Assembly (NCBI RefSeq): GCF_009914755.1
Contig: NC_060930.1
Reading direction: 5' to 3' (one strand)
From: the human T2T-CHM13v2.0 reference genome, Homo sapiens
DNA: 64,000 nucleotides
Shown here: positions 54,296 to 64,000 of the stretch, piece after piece
Position numbering within the stretch: position 1 is the stretch's first letter
Layout of the letters: every line of letters starts with the position of its first letter
The notes under the pieces: model-generated
What the model saw: the letters and a program-made list of their open reading frames with translations, nothing else
The model's database searches: none
What the model was told of the DNA's origin: nothing
Made by a program: the position numbers and the translations under genes

Positions 54296-54969
54296 TTTCT
54301 ATAAGCTTTTAATCAGGCAGCAAGACAGACCGTTAATATATGGAACTGGGAAGTCTGTGCCCCACTCTGATGTGCTGTGAGATGTTTCGTTCAGTCCCAT
54401 GGATGGAGGGATTGATACCTCTGTACCCTACTGCTGCCACCCCCCACTGCCCGGGCTAAGTGTGTGAGCAGGACATAGACACTTCAAATGGTAATGAAAG
54501 CTGGTGTCTCCTGCTGATCTGGAGGGCTTCCCTAAAGATGAAGGACCAAAGTCCCTGGAGAGTTGTCATCGCCTTGAAAACACAAGGGCTTAGACCACTG
54601 CTGTGACCCTTCACCAGCCTGTTTGCCCAACTCCTGTTTGACACAGCAGGTTTTGCTGCATCATCAAGTCCAGACTTGGCATCAAGGCCTCAACAAAAAG
54701 CTCTCACATCCCTGCTCCAGCCTCCCACCTGCTAGGGTGCCTGATACCTGATGTTTACAAAGAGATACTGACTTGCTTCCAAGAAGTGGTTCCGTTTTTC
54801 CCATCCTAACAATGACAGAGTAAGACCTGTGGTTTCATCTATAAGGAGATGGTTCCAAAAGAATATATTGCAAAGCCATACTTCATGCTGAGCTCGTACT
54901 AATTTCAGTGTGCAGTGGTTTCTGTTTATATATGCTGATGTTTAATATTTGTATTTGTCTTAATTCTAG

Positions 54970-55093
54970 GAGTACCAAGAGGACAGGAATGACCTTGTGA
55001 TTTCAGAGACTGAGCTGAAACAAGTGGCTTACATTTTCAAATGCGAAAAATCAACTATTCAGATAAAAGGGAAAGTAAACTCCATTATAATTG
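54970..55093 (+). CDS. CAP2: CAP2 coding exon (exon 10), CARP domain; [41 protein letters not shown]
   Basis: ttctag| acceptor, G|gtaggg donor; 124 nt, phase 0-1. Confidence 0.96.
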
Positions 55094-55193
55094 GTAGGGC
55101 AGAATTATGGCTCTATGGTTATTATGATGTTTTATAAACAAGCTGTATGTATTTAGTGGAGTTGGTTTTTTGTTGTGTTTTTTCTCCCCACAG

Positions 55194-55276
55194 ACAACTG
55201 TAAAAAACTCGGCCTGGTGTTTGACAATGTGGTGGGCATTGTGGAAGTGATCAACTCCCAGGACATTCAAATCCAG
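55194..55276 (+). CDS. CAP2: CAP2 coding exon (exon 11); (D)[27 protein letters not shown]
   Basis: ccacag| acceptor after a 100-nt intron, CAG|gtaagc donor; 83 nt, phase 1-0. Confidence 0.96.
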
Positions 55277-55277
55277 G

Positions 55278-55418
55278 TAAGCAGAGCCTTTCCAACCATG
55301 CTGTAATAAGCAGAGCCTTTCCAACCACGCTGTAATAAGCAGAGCCTTTCCAACCACGCTGTAGTAAGCAGCCTTTCCAACCACGCTGTAATAAGCAGCC
55401 TTTCCAACCACACTGTAA
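55278..55418. repeat. Minisatellite, 5 units (29,29,29,27,27 nt) of taagc(ag)agcctttccaaccacgctgtaa
   Basis: Units start at 55278, 55307, 55336, 55365 and 55392. Confidence 0.95.
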
Positions 55419-55468
55419 GCTGCGGCCTTGCACAGACCATCCACTCTGCCTCCAAGAAGCAGCCTTGC

Positions 55469-55781
55469 AGCCAGTCGCGGTGGCTCACGCCCGTAACCCT
55501 AGCACTTTGGGAGGCCGAGGTGGGCGGATCACGAGGTCAGGAGATTGAGACCATCCTGGCTAACACAGTGAAACCCTGTCTCTACTAAAAATACGAAAAC
55601 AAAATTAGCTGGGCATGGTGGCAGGCGCCTGTAGTCCCAGCTACTCTGGAGGCTGAGGCGGGAGAATGGCGTGAACCCAGGAGGTGGAGCTTGCAGTGAG
55701 CGAGCCAAGATCGCGCCACTGCACTCCAGCCTGGGCGACAGAGCGAGACTCCATCTCAAAAAAAAAAAAAAAAAAAAAAGA
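55469..55781 (+). mobile_element. AluY
   Basis: TSD aagaag(c/g)agccttgc. Confidence 0.92.
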
Positions 55782-55962
55782 AGGAGCCTTGCTCCCCCAT
55801 GGCCACCTAAAATACTCCTATTCTTGTTCCCTCTGGACACAGCTCTATCATCACCTCCTTGGTAGACCCCTCTCTTACTTCTCAGTGTTAGTTCTTTCTT
55901 TTCAATCTCTTCTAACAGATCCCATTTTGTGTTTCCATTACTGGCATACCATCTCAATTTCA

Positions 55963-56301
<339 letters not shown>

Positions 56302-56677
56302 TTATAGCCCCAGAAACTTGCACAGTACCTGCACATAGTAGGCGTCCAGTAAATGTTTGATGGGTATATGATTTGAGTGAATCAACTAATGCATAAATAA
56401 AAGTACTGTGAGACTCTCCTAGTATGATTAGCCCCATTCCAAAGAGAACTTTTTTCTCAGGAAAAATTGGTCCTAGATCATGAAGAGGAAAAGTTTTTCT
56501 AAAGAATCAGTGAGATCATCAGAAAAACAACTTGAGAAGTAGGGTTGGAGTTGAATTTGCAAAACAGAAGAAAATCTGTGAATTAAAATATATAATAATT
56601 TTGATTTAGCCACATGGAATTTTATGATATGCCAAAATCTAAAGGACTTCTTGGTTTTGGCCAATTATAACTTCTAT

Positions 56678-56988
56678 CTTTTTTTTTTTTTTGAGACAGA
56701 GTCTCGCTCTGTGGCCCAGGCTGGAGTGCAGTGGCCCAGGCCAGGCGCAATCTCGGCACACTACAACCTGCACCTCCCAGGTTCAAGTGATTCTCATATG
56801 CCTCAGCCCCCTGAGTAGCTGGGATTACAGGTGACCACCACCATGGCCCAGCTAATTTTTTGAATATTTAATAGAGACAGGGTTTCGCCATATTGGGCAG
56901 GCTGGTCTCAAACTCCTGACCTCAAGTGGTCCACCTGCCTCGGCCTCCCAAAGTGCTGGGATTACAGTCATGAGCCACAGCACCCAGC
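56678..56988 (-). mobile_element. AluS
   Basis: Alu consensus. Confidence 0.9.
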
Positions 56989-57685
56989 CCCAGTTTAGTA
57001 TTTCTGATCACTACATTTATCCATTTAATAACACTGCTTTCTCTCCAAACTATTACGCATGCAAATTTTAAGGAGGTTGCTCATCTTCAGAAAAAGCCCG
57101 GTACTTCAAGGATGATCATGGTTCATAGAAACCTAATGAGACCACACTTTCTGAAGAGCTATTTTGGATGGTGGGAGTTCCTATGTAAAGAAACATGCTT
57201 TTTCCCACTTTACATTATTTTTAATTTTAAAAAACTAGAAGTAACAGCAGTGAAGTAATATTTGATGGCAGAGGTGAGGGTACATGTTTAGCCATAGTCA
57301 TGCAATCATAGTGTGTCACAGTTGAAAAGTATCTTGGAAAGAATGCAACCTAACACACATACCACAAACACACCTTAATTTTAGAGAGTTTATTTCAAGC
57401 TCCCTTTCATTCTTACAGAAATTAAGCTTAGGTAGCAATGGTGAAACCATATATAAGCAGTTAGCATTTTTTTTAATGTAAATACATCACATCTGAAATA
57501 CACAACCAAGTAAATTAAGTATAAAATGTGAAAATGGGAAGTTCTAAATATTCATCATGTTTTTGGAGGGAGAAAAAAATCTTAAACCAAGAAGAAACAG
57601 AGGAAATTTTCAAACAGATAGGCAGATATGTCTACCTAAAAATTTAAAACTTCTGAATTCCATTCAGTGGAATACTGTGTAACCA

Positions 57686-59299
<1,614 letters not shown>

Positions 59300-59694
59300 T
59301 AACCATTTTTTAAAGTGATCTATAAATACATTTATTGTACTTTATTAGGAGAAAATAACAGTCTTATACCATTATGTAGAGCATGATTTCATTCTTCTAA
59401 ATGTACTCATGTAAACACATATATATGCACACATAGATCTATAGATATATCTATATCTGATAATCCTAGGTAAGTCAGAAGAGATATACTACATTTCATA
59501 ACTGAATTGAGTGTCTGTGGAACTCCTATAGCAGAAATCACACTTCATTTGAAACTTCAAAATTCCCATTAAAATTCTGCAGCAATGAAGACGCATAGAA
59601 AAAAAAAGAAAGAAAAAGAAAATAAAGTCAGAAACAAGAAGAGAATTCCTCCTGTCATTGCTTCTTGTTCAATAATGCATTGAAAGTTCTAACT

Positions 59695-59992
59695 GACCGG
59701 GCACGGTGGCTCACGCCTGTAATCCCAGCATTTTGGGAGGCCAAGGTGGGCAAATCACGAGGTCCGGAGATTGAGACCGTCCTGGCTAACACAGTGAAAC
59801 CCCGTCTCTACTAAAAATACAAAAAATAAACCAGGCGTGGTGGCGGGTGCCCATAGTCCCAGCTACTCAGGAGGCTGAGGCAGGAGAATGGCATGAACCC
59901 GGGAGGCAGAGCTTGCAGTGAGCTGAGATCGCGCCACTGCACTTCAGCCTGGGCAACAGAGTGAGACTCTGTCTCAAAAAAAAAAAAAAAAA
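59695..59992 (+). mobile_element. AluY
   Basis: TSD aaagttctaac. Confidence 0.92.
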
Positions 59993-60221
59993 GTTCTAAC
60001 CTATGCAGTAAGATAATGATTGAGAGAGATAAAACTGGAAAAGGAAGAGACAAAAATGCCCTTATTTCCCAACAAAATAAGTGCCTTTATATAAAACCCA
60101 AGAGATTCAAGAAACTATAAAACTAAAAAAACATTCAGCAAGATGGTAGGGTATAATATGAACATGCAAAAATCAATAGCATTTCTTTCTACCACAAATA
60201 AGTTTTAGAAAATGCAATAGA

Positions 60222-60576
<355 letters not shown>

Positions 60577-61304
60577 CTAGGTGCAACAAAACTGTGAGGT
60601 ACCTAGCAAAAAAAGCAAACAGAAATGGGAGATAGTTACAAAGAATGCAAGAGTGATGTTGTAAGTAAATGGACAGGAAGACATCATTATCAGTGGTCTC
60701 AGCTATTTAATGTGAGTTTAATGAAATTCACCTCAAAATCTCAACAGAGTTTTAAATGAAAAATGGTCTTAAAATTCATTTGGAAAACAAATGGACAAGA
60801 ATAGCTAAACAGTGTGAAAGATGAATAAGGTGAAGGGACTTGCATGCCTGATATTGACTCATTGTAAAGTGCTATATTGTTAGTGATATACAAAAACAGA
60901 TAAATGAAGCAGACTAGCGAGCCCTGAAATCAATAGATGCATAGATGGAAATTTGTATTTTAGGACAATTGATTATCCATGTGGGAAAAAAATACACTGA
61001 ATTCTACCTCACATCATACATAAAAGTAAAATGCTAATTGTGAAAAATAAATACTTTTAAACTTTGATAATAACATGTAGAAGAAAAATTTTATGCCTCA
61101 GAGTAGGAAATAAATTAATTAGGGTCAAAAAGCACAAACCATAAAGAAAGTACTGGTCATTTTAACTACATTAAAATTTAAATTATATGTTTAACAGAAG
61201 ACATCATATGAAGCTGAAAGACAAGCCATGGACTGAAGAAAGATATTTGCAAGGCAGATAATAGAAAAGGATTTGTATCTAGAATTTATAAAGAACTTAA
61301 ATCA

Positions 61305-61673
<369 letters not shown>

Positions 61674-62223
61674 TCAGACAAAAAAGAAAGTGGTTGATAA
61701 ATATATGAAAATATGTATAACCTACCTAACTAGTAGAAGTATAGATGCCAGTTAATACCACAATTAGTGATGTCTTCTCACACTCACCCATTCTGCATTC
61801 AGACTGTCCTTACTTTGCGTGGTGCTAGGTTAACTGAATCTTATGCCTACAGGAACTACAATTTGAGGATTGCCTATATACTAAAGTCTGATGCTATAGG
61901 ATTGCTAAGGAAGTGAAACAATGAGAACCCTGATACATCAGTGTTGGGGGAGTAAATCTGTGACATTCACTGCAATGCAAATTGGCAGCATCTAAGAAAG
62001 TCACATTCATAGTCTGTGACTGAGTAATTTCACTCTTAGTGTATACACTAAAGAAGCCCCAGTACGTGTGCCAAGGAGACAAATGTAAAAATGTTTATTG
62101 CAATATCATTCATAATGGCAATAAAAACAATTTAAATGTCCACCAGTTGGTAAGTTAATAAATAAATCCTCCCAATAGGATACTAGTTGGTAGTTTAACT
62201 CGTATAGCAGCTAAAATGAACCA

Positions 62224-62405
62224 GCCGGGTGCAGTGGCTCACACCTGTAATCCCAGCACTTTGGGAGGCCAAGGCAGGTGGATCACCTGAGGTCAGGAGT
62301 TCGAGACAGAGGTGGAGGTTGCAGTGAGCTGAGATGGTGCCATTGCACTCTAGCCTGAGTGACAGAGCAAGACTCTATCTCAAAATAAATAAATAAATAA
62401 ATAAA
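62224..62405 (+). mobile_element. Alu with internal deletion (left/right arm fusion)
   Basis: gagttcgagac|agaggtggaggttgcagtg. Confidence 0.88.
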
Positions 62406-63594
62406 TTTAGAAAAGACATCTAGAAATTACCAAAACATTACTGCAGACACATTATTAAATATACATATATGTGCTGTATTATTATTTGTAGTAGAGCCCT
62501 ATGTGTACCTGACCTTGAACTACCCCTGCCTTTTTTTTTTTTTTTTTTTTTTGCACTGGGGCTCAATTCCAACTCAGTGTTCAGTTTCTATGGAGAGAGA
62601 GGAGGAAACAGAGAACTAGAGTGACCTGGCCAGACTCCCCACAAGGAATTCTTTACATCACTCGCACCATCAATAAAAGTTGCTCTTGGTTTGCAATCCA
62701 GCCTTTTCTCCACGGTGAAAGAAGAGATGTCTTTATCGCTTTAATTACCATGACAAGAAGGAAAATTATAGAGTTGTAATATGGTCTTTGGGGGAACAGT
62801 CCGCCCTTATGGAGATTTTGGGGGTATGTCTGAAAACTGATTGTTAGAAGAGAAATTTAAAACCGATCAGAATTTTTATAGCACTTCGATATTTATAAAC
62901 AATACAAAGAATCGCCTCCTCTTTTGTATGATCCTACTTATCTATATAATGAGTGTCCTGAGCCAAGCCCCCAGTTTTGTCTCCTGAAATGAATACATTT
63001 CAAAATACCTAGACATTCATCTCATGTAAGCCTCAAATTCAGCCACTGAGATTTTTATCTAGCAAAGGACTTATGTGAAAAGAATGGTAGTGTTTCTTAT
63101 TTAAGTTCAGGAAAAATCTACTCAGTTTTTACTCAAGAATAGTTTTACTTGTAAGTGACAACATTAGAACTTGTTTTAATCCTAGTTTCATAGAGATTTG
63201 TCAAAAGTAAAATTTCAAGCAAATGAATATGAATGCATCTTGTTTCTTTTATCATGAAATCAAATACATGTTTTGAATCTACTAACAGGGTTGTGAGGCT
63301 TTTTCTGAACATCTAGCTGCTGTTTCCAAATTAATCTCTTAATTTTGTCTCAGGAAAGAGACACTGAGGTTTGAGAATCCACTTGTGTGGTCTTTTCATT
63401 CTGTCCCTGAGTGACACCTATCCTATTCTGCCTGAAGACTTTGCCATTAACTCACCTCCCCAGCTTTGACCCAGTGAATTCTAATGCTTGGTTAAGCCCA
63501 AGCTAAAGCCAAGAGGAATTGAGATTGTATTTATTCGAGGGCATTGTTATTTCTGTTTCTTTGCTTTGGTCCCAGGTATTTTTTCCTATTTCAG

Positions 63595-63735
63595 GTAATG
63601 GGGAGAGTGCCAACAATTTCCATTAATAAGACAGAAGGTTGCCACATATACCTCAGTGAAGATGCATTAGACTGTGAGATCGTGAGCGCCAAGTCATCTG
63701 AAATGAACATACTTATCCCTCAGGATGGTGATTAT
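63595..63735 (+). CDS. CAP2: CAP2 coding exon (exon 12); [47 protein letters not shown]
   Basis: tttcag| acceptor, |gtaagt donor; 141 nt, phase 0-0; the last coding exon lies beyond the window. Confidence 0.96.
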
Positions 63736-64000
63736 GTAAGTACCTTTCAAAAGGCTGTCAAGAATTTTTCTGGAGCCTTCATTATTAACATTCTTAGAGA
63801 TTGATTAATCAGCTACCAACCTGCGAGCTTTATTTGTAGCATAATTCACAGGCAGGCGAGGAATTCAGGGAGCTGTCTTCCACATCTCTTCCCGCTTATT
63901 AGCTTCTTGACTGTACTCACTCCTGGATTTCCGATTCTCAAGGTAGTGTACTAATAATTCATTTAATGGACCAGCGTTTATCAAATAGCACAGCATGCAT

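Noticed and set aside
55278-55418. CRISPR-like array
   Set aside because: The units are directly tandem with no unique spacers, and the context is a human intron.
59433-59458. 16-bp palindrome tatagatatatctata
   Set aside because: Low-complexity AT/GATA sequence, expected from slippage.

Overview
Human (primate) genomic DNA lying entirely inside the CAP2 (cyclase-associated actin cytoskeleton regulatory protein 2) gene on the + strand. Eight internal coding exons (exons 5-12 by recalled RefSeq numbering, about aa 101-450) splice in frame through GT-AG introns. They encode the C-terminal part of the helical folded domain, the polyproline tract, WH2 and most of the CARP beta-helix. The introns are repeat-rich: about 50 Alus, L1/L2/MIR remnants, MLT1/MLT2/ERV1 LTRs, MER5A and MER47/Tigger DNA elements, a full-length RPL7 processed pseudogene, a tailless U2 snRNA retrofragment and a twin-primed (5'-inverted) L1PA. 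I see no evidence for a wholly new gene system. The best leads are at the RNA level: a phase-0/0, 336-nt exon 5-7 block flanked by inverted Alus (candidate stop-free circRNA), a re-splicing-type CAG|GTAATG junction at exon 12, a minisatellite that duplicates the exon 11 donor, and an intronic antisense-U2 stretch. Repeat boundaries and subfamily calls were made by eye and are approximate.
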